Shown one piece after another: positions 29,221-39,804 of a DNA stretch of 64,000 nucleotides. A program made the translations under genes and the position numbers. Source of the DNA: a virus (taxonomy: Duplodnaviria > Caudoviricetes); IMG/VR virus record IMGVR_UViG_2974673715_000001, positions 112,496 through 176,495 of that record. One strand, given 5' to 3'. A model generated the notes under the pieces. That model made no database searches. It saw only the letters and a program-made list of their open reading frames with translations, and was not told the DNA's origin. Numbering within the stretch: position 1 is the stretch's first letter; the number at the start of each line of letters is the position of its first letter.

Positions 29221-29787
29221 TTAGTCAAAAATAGTAATTTCGCTAACAAACTGACCTGTCAATGAATTACCTGCACCGAGAGTTCCTGCTGAACTTGTGC
29301 CCTGATTAATCGTAATAGTATGACCATTTGTGATTGTTCCTGGTGCACCTGTTCCTGCTGTTCCTGCACTTTGTGTGGTGATATCACCCCAACTAGCAGC
29401 TGCAGCAGAAGAATTGTCACCTTGTTGCCATGATTGGGCGAAGGAGAATGATCCTGCACATGCTAGGTCATCATCTGCAGATGATCCTGTGCATCCATTT
29501 TGAACACCAGTAATTGTTCCAACTGTTCCAACACCTGTAGTAGCACTATAAGTGTTAATACCGATACCACCATCTACAGCACTACCATTGGCAGGTGTAT
29601 GTGTTGTGATCACGTTATTTCCAGAGATCGAATAGCTATTGCCAATTCGTGTCTGAGTCACGATTTGAGGTTCAACAGTTAGTTGTAAACTAGATTGGTG
29701 TCTAGTCGATAGTCCGCCCGCATTTGCTGCTGTGCCGAACGTCAAAAGCATAATGATAGGAATAAATTTCTTCATTATTTTACTCAT
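29221..29787 (-). CDS. Secreted Gly/Thr/Ser-rich protein
   Basis: MKKFIPIIMLLTFGTAANA signal peptide; SSLQLTV...TGQFVSEITI. Confidence 0.8.
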   Translation of the reverse strand: MSKIMKKFIPIIMLLTFGTAANAGGLSTRHQSSLQLTVEPQIVTQTRIGNSYSISGNNVITTHTPANGSAVDGGIGINTYSATTGVGTVGTITGVQNGCTGSSADDDLACAGSFSFAQSWQQGDNSSAAAASWGDITTQSAGTAGTGAPGTITNGHTITINQGTSSAGTLGAGNSLTGQFVSEITIFD

Positions 29788-29879
29788 AGGGAATCCTGCA
29801 CTATATAGGTGTGCAAAACCTTACACATATGTTCGGCATGTACCATTTCCTGACATCTCAGTCTATGGTTAAATAGTAG

Positions 29880-29930
29880 TGTCGCCTTCGGGGACAAAAA
29901 CTAACACTCGCTTATTTAAGGAGCAACATG
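29880..29930 (+). promoter_or_regulatory. Putative ROSE-like RNA thermometer in the hsp20 5' UTR
   Basis: CTC(G)CTT-attt-AAGGAG hairpin pairs the SD with a bulged G; upstream UUCG hairpin. Confidence 0.6.
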
Positions 29931-30377
29931 ACTAACTTATCAAAGTGGACATCGAAGGATGTCGATGCAATTTTTAACGCTGCAAATCGTTACAGCGTAG
30001 GATTCGATGATCTGTTCGACAGACTACACGCATACGGAACAGGATCACCTACTGGACAATACCCTCCATATAATATTGTCAAAGAATCCGCAGAGAAATG
30101 GAGACTAGAACTAGCACTCGCAGGATGGTCAGCAGACCAAGTAGAAGTATCTACAGAGCAGAACGTACTACTAGTCAAATCAAAAGAGCAAGATCCAAAT
30201 ACAAAAGAAGAACAATACGTTCATAGAGGTGTAGCATCCAGAACATTTGCTAGAGGATTTAATCTATCAGATGACGTAGAACTTGGCAAAGTATCCTTTG
30301 TTAATGGAATGCTAACAATTGAGTTACAAAAGGTAATTCCAGAACATCAGAAAAGACGAGTCTATGACATAGGTTAA
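29928..30377 (+). CDS. hsp20: Small heat shock protein Hsp20
   Basis: YPPYNI, LELALAG, YVHRGVASRTF and NGMLTIEL (IbpA-type) motifs. Confidence 0.96.
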   Translation: MTNLSKWTSKDVDAIFNAANRYSVGFDDLFDRLHAYGTGSPTGQYPPYNIVKESAEKWRLELALAGWSADQVEVSTEQNVLLVKSKEQDPNTKEEQYVHRGVASRTFARGFNLSDDVELGKVSFVNGMLTIELQKVIPEHQKRRVYDIG

Positions 30378-30439
30378 CTAAAACTTTCGCAGTTCTTAAC
30401 CTGTAGTTAAAGATACAAAACACTCACTTATGCTATATT
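30373..30439 (+). promoter_or_regulatory. Pho box and -10 upstream of pstS
   Basis: GTTAACTA/CTTTCGCA/CTTAACCT/GTTAAAGA at 11-bp spacing (30373, 30384, 30395, 30406), then TGCTATATT. Confidence 0.75.
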
Positions 30440-30465
30440 AAGTGGGTGTTATTTTTTTTAAACAA

Positions 30466-31428
30466 ATGAAAGCATTAGCAATTGCATTGCTTCCTTTACT
30501 ATTCACAAGTGGTTGTGCAAATGCAAGAACAAGGTTGAGTGGTGCAGGTGCATCATTCCCATCTAAAATCTATACTCGTTGGTTCTCAGACGTAGCAAAA
30601 TCTGGTGGAGCAAGAGTAAACTATCAGGCAGTTGGTTCTGGTAGTGGAAGAAAAGCATTTATTGACGAGACCGTAAACTTCGGTGCGTCTGATGATCCTA
30701 TGAAACAAAAGGACATAGACAAAGTAACAAGAGGATTAGTTCAGATACCTATGACAGGTGGAACTATCGCATTTGGATATAACAATCCTGATTGTGATCT
30801 AAAACTTACACAACAACAGGCAGTTGAAGTTGCTATGGGTATCATCACTAACTGGAAAGAAGTTGGATGTGATGATCAGAGGATGACTTGGGCACATCGT
30901 TCAGATGGTTCTGGAACAACCAAGGCATTTACAAGTAGTATGCAAGCATTCTCTCCTACATGGACACTAGGCACAGGTAAATCTGTAGCGTGGCCAACAG
31001 GTGTGGGTGGTAAAGGTAACGCAGGAGTCGCAGGAGTAATTAAAAATACACCTGGTTCAATTGGATATGTGAATCAATCTTATATTGATGATGTTGTAAG
31101 ACCCGCAGCATTACAAAACAAGTGGGGTGACTTTGTAAAACCATCAGTTGACGCAGGATCAAAGGCACTTAACGGTATCACTCTTGATGAGAACCTTGCA
31201 GGAACAAATCCAAATCCAGAAGCAGAAGGAGCGTATCCGATTGCAACTTTGACTTGGATACTTGCATATGAAACAGGTAACGGTAAGAATACAGATGCAA
31301 TCAAGACAACTTTATCAACTCTATTGAGTGATGAGTATCAAGATAAAGCAGGTAAGTTAGGATTCGTTCCTCTTAAAGGTGACATTCTTGAGAAGGCAAG
31401 AGCAGCAGTTGACAAGATCGGTAAATAG
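30466..31428 (+). CDS. pstS: Phosphate-binding protein PstS
   Basis: GAGASFP, NYQAVGSGSG, FGASD, HRSDGSGTT and YPIATLTW motifs. Confidence 0.97.
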   Translation: MKALAIALLPLLFTSGCANARTRLSGAGASFPSKIYTRWFSDVAKSGGARVNYQAVGSGSGRKAFIDETVNFGASDDPMKQKDIDKVTRGLVQIPMTGGTIAFGYNNPDCDLKLTQQQAVEVAMGIITNWKEVGCDDQRMTWAHRSDGSGTTKAFTSSMQAFSPTWTLGTGKSVAWPTGVGGKGNAGVAGVIKNTPGSIGYVNQSYIDDVVRPAALQNKWGDFVKPSVDAGSKALNGITLDENLAGTNPNPEAEGAYPIATLTWILAYETGNGKNTDAIKTTLSTLLSDEYQDKAGKLGFVPLKGDILEKARAAVDKIGK

Positions 31429-31459
31429 TTTTATAATATAAACGTATCGTAATTATTTT

Positions 31460-31843
31460 ATGAGTGTAAGAATCGTACGAACAAGAAACGGTGAAGATGT
31501 TATCTGTGATCTTTATGAGGTCACAACTAAAGAAGATCCAAGTAAAGCAGTAGCATTTCAACTTAACAATCCATACATTGTATGGTTGCAAGGAAAGAAA
31601 ACTGAAGAACCTAAAATTCTTGTTGAAGATGATGCAGGTGACATTGTAAGTAAAATCAAAGATCCCGATATCTACTTCCAACCTTGGATTCCTCTGTCTT
31701 CTAACAAACAAATTCTTTTGAAGTTAGAGGAAGTGGTAACCGCATATGAGACCTATCCAGAGGTCATCACTAAATACAACACATTAATCGAGGCAGATGG
31801 AGGAAAACCAAATCAAACTCCTGTTGATGAATCAACGGAGTGA
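31460..31843 (+). CDS. Conserved hypothetical protein (Sm-like)
   Basis: VRTRNGEDVI...FQPWIPLS; typical upstream of g43. Confidence 0.75.
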   Translation: MSVRIVRTRNGEDVICDLYEVTTKEDPSKAVAFQLNNPYIVWLQGKKTEEPKILVEDDAGDIVSKIKDPDIYFQPWIPLSSNKQILLKLEEVVTAYETYPEVITKYNTLIEADGGKPNQTPVDESTE

Positions 31844-32042
31844 ATACCTTATTGGAAAGGTAACAGAGTTAGATGAGGAACCTAGTATCCTTATCGAAAA
31901 ATGCTATGAAGTGACGGGTGAGGATACCATGATCCCGTTTCCAAAATACAGTTCACAACGTGATGTCTTCTTGACATCTGAAAATATCTTGAGTATACTA
32001 GATCCGACACCAAAACTGTTGGAAATCTACAATAAATTATGA
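31797..32042 (+). CDS. Conserved hypothetical protein
   Basis: YLIGKVTELDEEPS...PFP; coupled to g43. Confidence 0.7.
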   Translation: MEENQIKLLLMNQRSEYLIGKVTELDEEPSILIEKCYEVTGEDTMIPFPKYSSQRDVFLTSENILSILDPTPKLLEIYNKL

Positions 32043-34525
32043 GTTCTTTCTACACCAACATTCAACTAGCTGGTGACACTATACTTTACAGAGGGTATGA
32101 GAATGGAGAAGCGGTTCAATATCGCACATCCTTTTCTCCTACCCTTTATGTTTTGTCTAAGAAAAAAGAAAAGTTTACAACACTAGATGGGAGATATGTG
32201 TCTCCTGTCAAGTTTCATAATGCAAGAGAAGCAAGAGAGTTCATCAAACAGTATGAACATGTAGATAATTTTGAAGTTCATGGTTACGAAAGATTTGTTT
32301 ATCAATTCATTCGTCAGCAGTATCCAGATGATGTTGACTTCCACATTGATCAGATGAAAATCTATGCATTGGACATCGAGGTTCAATGTGAGAATGGATT
32401 CCCTGATGTAGAAGCAGCAGCAGAAGAAATGCTATCAATCACCATCAAAGATATGGTGACTAAAAAATATTACAGTTGGACAACTAGAGAGTTTGATGCA
32501 CCAGATAATCTAGAGTTGAATGTCTCTTGGACAGAACAAGAGATGCTTACAAACTTTATTACATGGTGGGCACAAAACACTCCAGACATTCTAACTGGTT
32601 GGAACGTTAACTTGTATGACGTCCCATACATTGCTCGTCGAGTCAATCGTATTCTCGGTGAGAAATGGATGAAGAGTTTATCCCCATGGAATCGTGCAAA
32701 TGAAAGAGAAGTATACGTCCAAGGTAGGAGGAATTACGCTTATGATATCTCTGGTGTTAATATCCTTGATTACCTCGACCTATATCGTAAGTTTACATAC
32801 TCAAATCAGGAGTCTTATAGACTCGATCACATTGCCTTTGTCGAACTCGGACAAAGAAAAGTAAATCATGATGAGTATGAAAACTTCAAAGACTTCTATA
32901 CATCTGATTGGCAGAAGTTTATGGAATACAACATTCAAGACGTTGAGTTGATTGACCGTCTTGAAGATAAGATGAAGTTGCTAGAACTAGCAATTACAAT
33001 GTCTTATGATGCCAAAGCAAACTTTGAAGATGTGTATAGTCAGGTTCGTATGTGGGATACGATGATATATAACTATCTTACAGATAGAAACGTTGTTGTT
33101 CCCCCTCGAAAAGGAGCGAAGAAAGATGAAAAATACGCAGGAGCGTATGTCAAAGAACCGAAACCAGGATGCTATGATTGGGTTGTCAGTTTTGACCTCA
33201 ATAGCCTGTATCCTCATCTTATTATGCAATACAATATCTCGCCCGAAACACTCAGGGAGACTAGACATCCCAGTGCAAGCGTTGAGAGAATCCTCAATCA
33301 GGAGTTGGAGATAAAGGAAGACTATTGTGTATGTGCAAACGGTGCCATGTATCGAAAAGATATTCATGGTTTCCTGCCAGAGATGATGCAGAAGATCTAC
33401 GATGAACGTACGATCTACAAAAAGAAAATGCTTGCTGCAAAACAGCAACATGAAAACTCACCATCTAACAAACTAGTTGCTGACATTTCAAAGTTCAACA
33501 ACATTCAAATGGCAAGAAAGATTCAACTTAACTCTGCCTATGGTGCTATCGGAAATCAATACTTCCGATACTACAATCTGGCAAATGCTGAGGCAATTAC
33601 TTTGTCAGGGCAAGTTTCAATCCGTTGGATCGAAAACAAAATGAACGAGTATCTCAACAAGATACTCAAAACTACAGGAGAAGATTATGTTATTGCTAGT
33701 GATACTGATAGTATCTACCTCAATTTGGGTCCTCTGGTCGAGGCTGTATACAAGGGGAGAGAGGCAACTGATTCGAGCATCGTCTCTTTCCTTAATAAGG
33801 TGTGTGAGGTGGAACTTGAAAAATATATTACTAGTTCTTATGAAGCGTTGGCCACATATGTAAACGCATACGAACAGAAGATGGTCATGAAGCGTGAGAA
33901 TATTGCCAACAAAGGTATCTGGACTGCCAAGAAAAGATATATTCTCAACGTTTGGGATAGTGAGGGTGTTCGCTATGAGAAACCTAAACTTAAGATCATG
34001 GGTATCGAAGCAGTTAAATCTTCTACACCTGCAGCATGTCGAACATCTATTCGTGATTGCCTAACAGTTATCATGAATGAAGATGAAGAGTCTGCACAGG
34101 GGTTTATTGCTGACTTCAAAAATCATTTTTCTTCTTTACCTATTGAAGACATCTCATTTCCTAGAGGTTGTAACAATCTAAATAAGTGGTCGAACCCTAC
34201 AACGATCTATAGCAAAGGGACACCTATACATGTGAGAGGGGCACTGTTATATAACTTTTATAATAAGAAAAACAAACTTACTCACAAGTATCCCTTAATT
34301 CAAGATGGAGAGAAGATCAAGTTCGTCTATTTGAAGACTCCAAACAAAATCAACGAGAACATTATCAGTTATCTTAATACGTTCCCGAAAGAGTTTGGAC
34401 TTGACAAACAGGTGGATTATGATCTACAATTTGAGAAGAGTTTCTTAGAACCCATCAAAGTGATTATGGACGTCATTGGTTGGCAACCAGAAAAAATCGC
34501 ATCATTGGAGTTTCTATTTTCATGA
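32039..34525 (+). CDS. g43: Family B DNA polymerase gp43
   Basis: DIEV exonuclease motif, SFDLNSLYPH, KIQLNSAYG and SDTDS. Confidence 0.99.
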   Translation: MSSFYTNIQLAGDTILYRGYENGEAVQYRTSFSPTLYVLSKKKEKFTTLDGRYVSPVKFHNAREAREFIKQYEHVDNFEVHGYERFVYQFIRQQYPDDVDFHIDQMKIYALDIEVQCENGFPDVEAAAEEMLSITIKDMVTKKYYSWTTREFDAPDNLELNVSWTEQEMLTNFITWWAQNTPDILTGWNVNLYDVPYIARRVNRILGEKWMKSLSPWNRANEREVYVQGRRNYAYDISGVNILDYLDLYRKFTYSNQESYRLDHIAFVELGQRKVNHDEYENFKDFYTSDWQKFMEYNIQDVELIDRLEDKMKLLELAITMSYDAKANFEDVYSQVRMWDTMIYNYLTDRNVVVPPRKGAKKDEKYAGAYVKEPKPGCYDWVVSFDLNSLYPHLIMQYNISPETLRETRHPSASVERILNQELEIKEDYCVCANGAMYRKDIHGFLPEMMQKIYDERTIYKKKMLAAKQQHENSPSNKLVADISKFNNIQMARKIQLNSAYGAIGNQYFRYYNLANAEAITLSGQVSIRWIENKMNEYLNKILKTTGEDYVIASDTDSIYLNLGPLVEAVYKGREATDSSIVSFLNKVCEVELEKYITSSYEALATYVNAYEQKMVMKRENIANKGIWTAKKRYILNVWDSEGVRYEKPKLKIMGIEAVKSSTPAACRTSIRDCLTVIMNEDEESAQGFIADFKNHFSSLPIEDISFPRGCNNLNKWSNPTTIYSKGTPIHVRGALLYNFYNKKNKLTHKYPLIQDGEKIKFVYLKTPNKINENIISYLNTFPKEFGLDKQVDYDLQFEKSFLEPIKVIMDVIGWQPEKIASLEFLFS

Positions 34526-34668
34526 AATATGTTGTTGAATACCAAAAAGCATTTGGTATCCCAGACAAAAGAGAACAAGTTTTTGACGATGAGTCAGAAG
34601 CAAAATGGTTTGAACGTGCTATGAAACGTACGAACTTTATTACTAAAATTACGGAGGTTGACGAGTGA
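34522..34668 (+). CDS. Small hypothetical protein
   Basis: [12 protein letters not shown]...; ATGA/GTGA-coupled on both sides. Confidence 0.7.
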   Translation: MKYVVEYQKAFGIPDKREQVFDDESEAKWFERAMKRTNFITKITEVDE

Positions 34669-35675
34669 GTTTTCTGAAGACAGTTGTATCAGAAATTGGA
34701 AATGAATATGCAGGACTAGTATCAGACGGAGTTTCTGCAGGTGATACAAAAGATTATATTGATACTGGTTCTTATGTCTTTAATGCCTTAGTTTCTGGAT
34801 CAATTTATGGCGGTGTGCCAAGCAATAAAATCACAGCGATTGCAGGTGAATCATCAACTGGTAAAACTTTCTTTTGCCTTGGTATTGTGCAACACTTTTT
34901 AGATTCTGATCCTGATGCAGGTGTAATTTATTTTGAATCTGAGTCTGCTATTAGCAAACAAATGATTGTTGATAGAGGTATTGATGCAGATAGAATGATG
35001 ATCGTTCCTGTGTCTACTATCGAAGAGTTTAGAACTCAATCCTGCAGGATTCTTGACAAATATATGGAACAGAAAGAGTCTGATCGCAAACCTATGATGT
35101 TTGTATTAGATTCTCTTGGTATGCTTGCTAGTAATAAAGAAGTTGAAGACGTTGCTAATGATAAGAATGTCAGGGATATGACAAAAAGTCAACTAATTAA
35201 AGGTGCGTTTCGTGTTCTTACGCTAAAATTAGGTAAAGCAAACGTTCCTATGCTCGTAACGAATCATACATATGATGTCATAGGAAGTTATATTCCAACG
35301 AAAGAAATGGGAGGTGGAAGTGGACTCAAATACGCTTCATCAACAATTGTATATCTATCAAAGAAGAAGGAAAAAGATGGTACGGAGGTTGTTGGAAATA
35401 TTATCAAATGTAAAGCCCAAAAATCCCGACTAACAAAAGAGAATTCTATTGTAGAGACACGGTTATATTATGATCGTGGACTTGATAGGTATTATGGATT
35501 ACTAGAATTAGGTGAAAAGCATGGAGTATTCACACGCAAAGGTAATCGTATTATGGTTGGTGAAACTTCTGTATATCCTAAATCCATTCTTGCTGATCCC
35601 GAAAAGTATTTTACTGATGAAGTAATGGAAGCATTAGACGAGGCAGCAAAGAAGGAGTTTCGATATGGTCACTAA
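34665..35675 (+). CDS. uvsX: RecA-like recombinase UvsX
   Basis: [15 protein letters not shown] and [10 protein letters not shown] motifs. Confidence 0.96.
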   Translation: MSFLKTVVSEIGNEYAGLVSDGVSAGDTKDYIDTGSYVFNALVSGSIYGGVPSNKITAIAGESSTGKTFFCLGIVQHFLDSDPDAGVIYFESESAISKQMIVDRGIDADRMMIVPVSTIEEFRTQSCRILDKYMEQKESDRKPMMFVLDSLGMLASNKEVEDVANDKNVRDMTKSQLIKGAFRVLTLKLGKANVPMLVTNHTYDVIGSYIPTKEMGGGSGLKYASSTIVYLSKKKEKDGTEVVGNIIKCKAQKSRLTKENSIVETRLYYDRGLDRYYGLLELGEKHGVFTRKGNRIMVGETSVYPKSILADPEKYFTDEVMEALDEAAKKEFRYGH

Positions 35676-36237
35676 TCTTACTGACTACATTAAATGCTAT
35701 GATGATATGTTTGAAGAGGATTTTTGTAAATCTGTAATTCAAACATTCACTGAATCATATAGAGATGTTACTCGTATAGATAGAGAACAAAGACCAACCT
35801 TTAATGAGTTGAATATCTCACAAAGGTTTATGGCAAAAGATCCTGCATGGATGAGTATTCAGAAACATATACAGACAGTCTTTATTGATATTGTCAAAGT
35901 TTATATGAATGCTTTACAGTGTGAACCAGATTTTCCTGCAAAATATTCTTTTGAAGAGTTTAGAATTAAACAATATAATAATGATGGACTAGATCAATTT
36001 AAAGATCATGTAGATGTAGGAGACTATAATTCTGCTCGTAGATTTCTAGTGATGTTTTTATATTTGAATGACGTTGACGATGGTGGACAAACTAATTTTC
36101 CTAGATTGAACTATGCAGTTTCACCTAAACGTGGTAGAATATTATTATTCCCTGCTACATGGCAGTATCGTCACTCAGGATTGCCACCTGAGTCTGACAA
36201 AAAGTACATTGTTGGAACTTATTTACACTACCTATGA
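35665..36237 (+). CDS. 2OG-Fe(II) oxygenase
   Basis: FKDHVD...FLYLND...GGQT.F...HSGLPP...KYIVGTY. Confidence 0.9.
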   Translation: MVTNLTDYIKCYDDMFEEDFCKSVIQTFTESYRDVTRIDREQRPTFNELNISQRFMAKDPAWMSIQKHIQTVFIDIVKVYMNALQCEPDFPAKYSFEEFRIKQYNNDGLDQFKDHVDVGDYNSARRFLVMFLYLNDVDDGGQTNFPRLNYAVSPKRGRILLFPATWQYRHSGLPPESDKKYIVGTYLHYL

Positions 36238-37613
36238 ATCTCGAAGTCACGATTCTATGTAATCTCTTGTATAATGAGAAGTATGCAAGGAAGGTTCTTC
36301 CTTTCTTGAAGGTAGATTATTTTACCGTACGTTCTTACAAGATTATCTTTCTTGAACTACATGAATACATTAGTCAGTATGATGCATTGCCATCTCTGAA
36401 CGCACTTAGTATTGAATGTCAAGAAAGAAATGATCTTACAGAAGAACAATTTAAAGAAATTGTTGAGGTTTTAAATGTCCTTTCCGATGATCCCAAAGAC
36501 CACGACTGGCTCGTGGATTCTACAGAAAAGTGGTGTCAAGAGCGTGCGATCTACTTATCGCTTATGGAATCTGTTAAGATTGCTGACGGTCAAGATACCA
36601 AACGCGATAAGGGTGCTATTCCGCAGATTCTTTCAGAAGCATTAGGAGTATCATTTGATCAACATGTCGGTCACGATTATGTTGAGAACGCTACTGATCG
36701 TTTTGAATATTATCATAGAAAGGAAGACAAGATTCCTTTTGATCTGGAGTTTTTCAATAAGATTACTAAGGGTGGTTTAGTAAACAAATCACTAAACATT
36801 GTTCTTGCAGGAACAGGTGTTGGTAAATCTTTGGTTATGTGTCACTTTGCTGCATCAACTTTATTGCAAGGCAAGAATGTTTTATACATTACTTGTGAAA
36901 TGGCAGAAGAAAAGATTGCAGAACGTATTGATGCAAACCTTTTAAATGTTCCTATTCAAAAACTCGCTGATCTACCACACCCAATCTTTGAGAAGAAGAT
37001 TAAAACACTAGCAAAGAAAACTCAGGGTAAACTTATTATCAAAGAATATCCTACAGCGTCAGCACATGTAGGTCATTTTAAATCTCTTATCAATGATCTT
37101 GCATTGAAGAGAAGTATTAGACCTGATATTATCTTTGTAGATTATCTAAACATCTGTGCTTCCCAGAGATACAAAGGAAGTATTGTTAATTCTTATACCT
37201 ATGTTAAAGCAATTGCTGAAGAACTTAGAGGACTTGCGGTGGAATGTAACGTCCCGATTGTCTCCGCGACACAAACGACTCGCTCTGGTTTTGGGTCTAC
37301 TGATATTGATCTCACTGATACGAGTGAATCCTTTGGTCTCCCTGCTACTGCTGACCTCATGTTTGCTCTTATCTCGACTGAGGAACTTGAGGGGATGAAT
37401 CAAATTATGGTCAAACAACTTAAGAATCGCTATAATGATCCTACTATGAATAAAAGATTTTGTGTAGGTATTGACAGAGCGAAGATGAGGTTGTATGATG
37501 TAGAGGAGTCTGCTCAAGATGACCTTGTTGATTCTGGTCAAGAAGAAGAGAAGGTTGATCTTGTCAAACGATTTACATCAAAGAAAACTTTTAGTGAACT
37601 AAAGTATGATTGA
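36234..37613 (+). CDS. g41: Replicative helicase gp41
   Basis: AGTGVGKS, IIKEYPT, FVDYLNI, SESFGLPATAD and QLKNRY motifs. Confidence 0.97.
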   Translation: MNLEVTILCNLLYNEKYARKVLPFLKVDYFTVRSYKIIFLELHEYISQYDALPSLNALSIECQERNDLTEEQFKEIVEVLNVLSDDPKDHDWLVDSTEKWCQERAIYLSLMESVKIADGQDTKRDKGAIPQILSEALGVSFDQHVGHDYVENATDRFEYYHRKEDKIPFDLEFFNKITKGGLVNKSLNIVLAGTGVGKSLVMCHFAASTLLQGKNVLYITCEMAEEKIAERIDANLLNVPIQKLADLPHPIFEKKIKTLAKKTQGKLIIKEYPTASAHVGHFKSLINDLALKRSIRPDIIFVDYLNICASQRYKGSIVNSYTYVKAIAEELRGLAVECNVPIVSATQTTRSGFGSTDIDLTDTSESFGLPATADLMFALISTEELEGMNQIMVKQLKNRYNDPTMNKRFCVGIDRAKMRLYDVEESAQDDLVDSGQEEEKVDLVKRFTSKKTFSELKYD

Positions 37614-38007
37614 TTTTAAGAAGTATACTGAATTTGTAAATGCTGTTACATCTGAAGAGAGTAAGTATAGTGGTCATTTCCAAGATCGTTTAAGAGAATT
37701 AGATTATAAAGACTTCTCTTCACATAGAGCATTAACTGCTGCACTCGGACTATGTGCTGAGTCAGGAGAATTTACTGAGATAGTAAAGAAGATATTATTT
37801 CAAGGTAAACCAGTTACTGAAGAGAATCTATTTCATATGAAACGTGAACTAGGTGATATCATGTGGTATTTTATACAGGCATGTATAGTATTAGATGTAT
37901 CACCAGAAGAGGTTATAGAAATGAATGTAGATAAGTTGAAGAGCAGATATCCTGGTGGAGAGTTTGATCCCCACTATTCTGAAAATCGTAAACAAGGAGA
38001 TGTTTAA
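37606..38007 (+). CDS. mazG: MazG-like pyrophosphohydrolase
   Basis: LGLCAESGEFTEIVKK...KRELGDIMWY. Confidence 0.92.
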   Translation: MIDFKKYTEFVNAVTSEESKYSGHFQDRLRELDYKDFSSHRALTAALGLCAESGEFTEIVKKILFQGKPVTEENLFHMKRELGDIMWYFIQACIVLDVSPEEVIEMNVDKLKSRYPGGEFDPHYSENRKQGDV

Positions 38008-38234
38008 TGGTAGGACCTGGTGAATACATGGCAGTTGTTAGTGATCTTGCTAACGCATACAATACTATTGAATGGAAAGATGCTATTCCATTTTTGATTT
38101 GTATTATTGGACTTTATTGGATTAAAGTTAAAATCGATACAAGTTTAGGACTTGGTAAAAAGAAATCAAGAGAACTAAAAAAAATTATTGTTGATGCAAT
38201 AGTTGAAGGTCATCAGAAAGCACATAGATCCTGA
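38007..38234 (+). CDS. Small membrane protein
   Basis: One TM segment; TAATG/TGATG coupling. Confidence 0.7.
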   Translation: MVGPGEYMAVVSDLANAYNTIEWKDAIPFLICIIGLYWIKVKIDTSLGLGKKKSRELKKIIVDAIVEGHQKAHRS

Positions 38235-38590
38235 TGTTAGGTAAACTTGATCCAGAAGAAAGGGTTCTATCTGAAAAAAAGATAGAACCTATGCAATTGA
38301 CAGCAGAGTTAATTGCTGAGATTAATTGTGCTATGGCACATACAAAGAAAGATGGCACATATAATTGGTTGCCTACTGATGAGTATGAAGTTCAAATAGC
38401 AGGTACGTTTGCTGCCGATAGATTTATTGTTATCAAAAACAAAACAAAGAATCCAGTAGTCTCTGCTGAACCTCATCCTTACTTTGACTATGAGAAAAAA
38501 GTCTTTACCAAAGATGGTAGAGAGGAGTATATGAAAGAGTTTAAAATAAATAAAGATAAAGATAAAAAAGAAGATGGCGACAAACGCTAG
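38234..38590 (+). CDS. Hypothetical protein
   Basis: 118 aa ORF in a coupled operon. Confidence 0.7.
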   Translation: MLGKLDPEERVLSEKKIEPMQLTAELIAEINCAMAHTKKDGTYNWLPTDEYEVQIAGTFAADRFIVIKNKTKNPVVSAEPHPYFDYEKKVFTKDGREEYMKEFKINKDKDKKEDGDKR

Positions 38591-39749
38591 AGAAACTGCT
38601 AAACAAGAGAATGGTTCTAGAGTTTTTTTCGAGTCTGTAATCGAAAGAAACAAAGAACCATCCTTAAAAGAAATGGTAAAAGTCTATGAAGGATACGGTC
38701 CTGAATGGAGATCAACATATCTTAAACAAACTGCAGCATTAAAAAAGTTTTTAGGATCTAATAAAGGGTATGAATATTCCAGAGATAAAGGAATCATGCC
38801 TTACATTGAACACATTGCTAAGAAAGAGTGTGGTGTATCAGTAAAGGATCGTTGGAATCCTATGGATATTGTATTGGTTAAGAAGAGTGCAAAGAGAGTT
38901 GTAGAAGGAACTATAAAAGAAATTACTAACATTGATGGAATGAGTAAAGATGCAAAACTTACTCTACTCAATGCGTATATGCGTGAAGCATTGAACTCTA
39001 AAATTTTAATTGGTGTATCACTTAAAGCAATTGCAGCAAAGAAAAAAACTGCTAACGCAGATCTTGCAAATGCAGGTAGAACAACTGGTCAACCTACCAT
39101 GGTTAACATGGTTCCTAAATCTTTGAAGTGTACGTTAACTTTAGGAAAGAAAAGGAATTACCTATTTGATACTGGTGAACTTGGTTTTGATATAGTTACA
39201 GCGAAAGGCGGTAAAATACATGGTCAATCAAGAAATTTTCAGTATTCTAAGGAAAGAAATTTAGTTCAAACAGATCTCACTCCCAAAGGTAAAGACGCAG
39301 GAGCAAAACTTGGTAAAGTTTCTAGTGTTGCATTAGATAAATTTCTAGGAGATTTAAGATTAACTCGTCCAACTTCTGCAGCAAAACATAATCATATTCC
39401 TAGAGTTGGTGGTTGGACAGATAGAGATAAAAAATATTGGATTGACTTGTATAAAAAATTAGTTACATCTCGTATGATTGATTTTGGTGAAGTTGCTGTG
39501 TATGAAAATAACCAAAAGGTCGCTGAAGGTATCGAAGCAGTTATAGACTATGCAATTTCATACGAAACTCGTCAGGCGGATAGAAGTTCTGCAGGTAGAT
39601 TCTCATCTAAGTTAATTGCTATGGAGTGGGCACATATTTGGATGCAGATTGCTAAGATGAAGAAAATGCAACAGTGGTGCACAGCACTATACTATGGTGC
39701 AAAAAAAGAATTCGGTGATTCTAACGGTCCGTTCCTAAAGATATACTAG
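38574..39749 (+). CDS. Hypothetical protein, PD-(D/E)XK nuclease-like
   Basis: DRWNPMDIVLV...LIGVSLK motif pair. Confidence 0.6.
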   Translation: MATNARETAKQENGSRVFFESVIERNKEPSLKEMVKVYEGYGPEWRSTYLKQTAALKKFLGSNKGYEYSRDKGIMPYIEHIAKKECGVSVKDRWNPMDIVLVKKSAKRVVEGTIKEITNIDGMSKDAKLTLLNAYMREALNSKILIGVSLKAIAAKKKTANADLANAGRTTGQPTMVNMVPKSLKCTLTLGKKRNYLFDTGELGFDIVTAKGGKIHGQSRNFQYSKERNLVQTDLTPKGKDAGAKLGKVSSVALDKFLGDLRLTRPTSAAKHNHIPRVGGWTDRDKKYWIDLYKKLVTSRMIDFGEVAVYENNQKVAEGIEAVIDYAISYETRQADRSSAGRFSSKLIAMEWAHIWMQIAKMKKMQQWCTALYYGAKKEFGDSNGPFLKIY

Positions 39750-39804
39750 TCCAGTTTACAAAGTGTCCACTATCACTCGCATTTCACCCTCAGCGTGCTA
39801 TAAT
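39749..39804 (+). promoter_or_regulatory. Motif-associated extended -10 promoter
   Basis: GTCCAGTTTACAAAGTGTCCAC, then TGCTATAAT 35 nt after the AAG. Confidence 0.65.
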
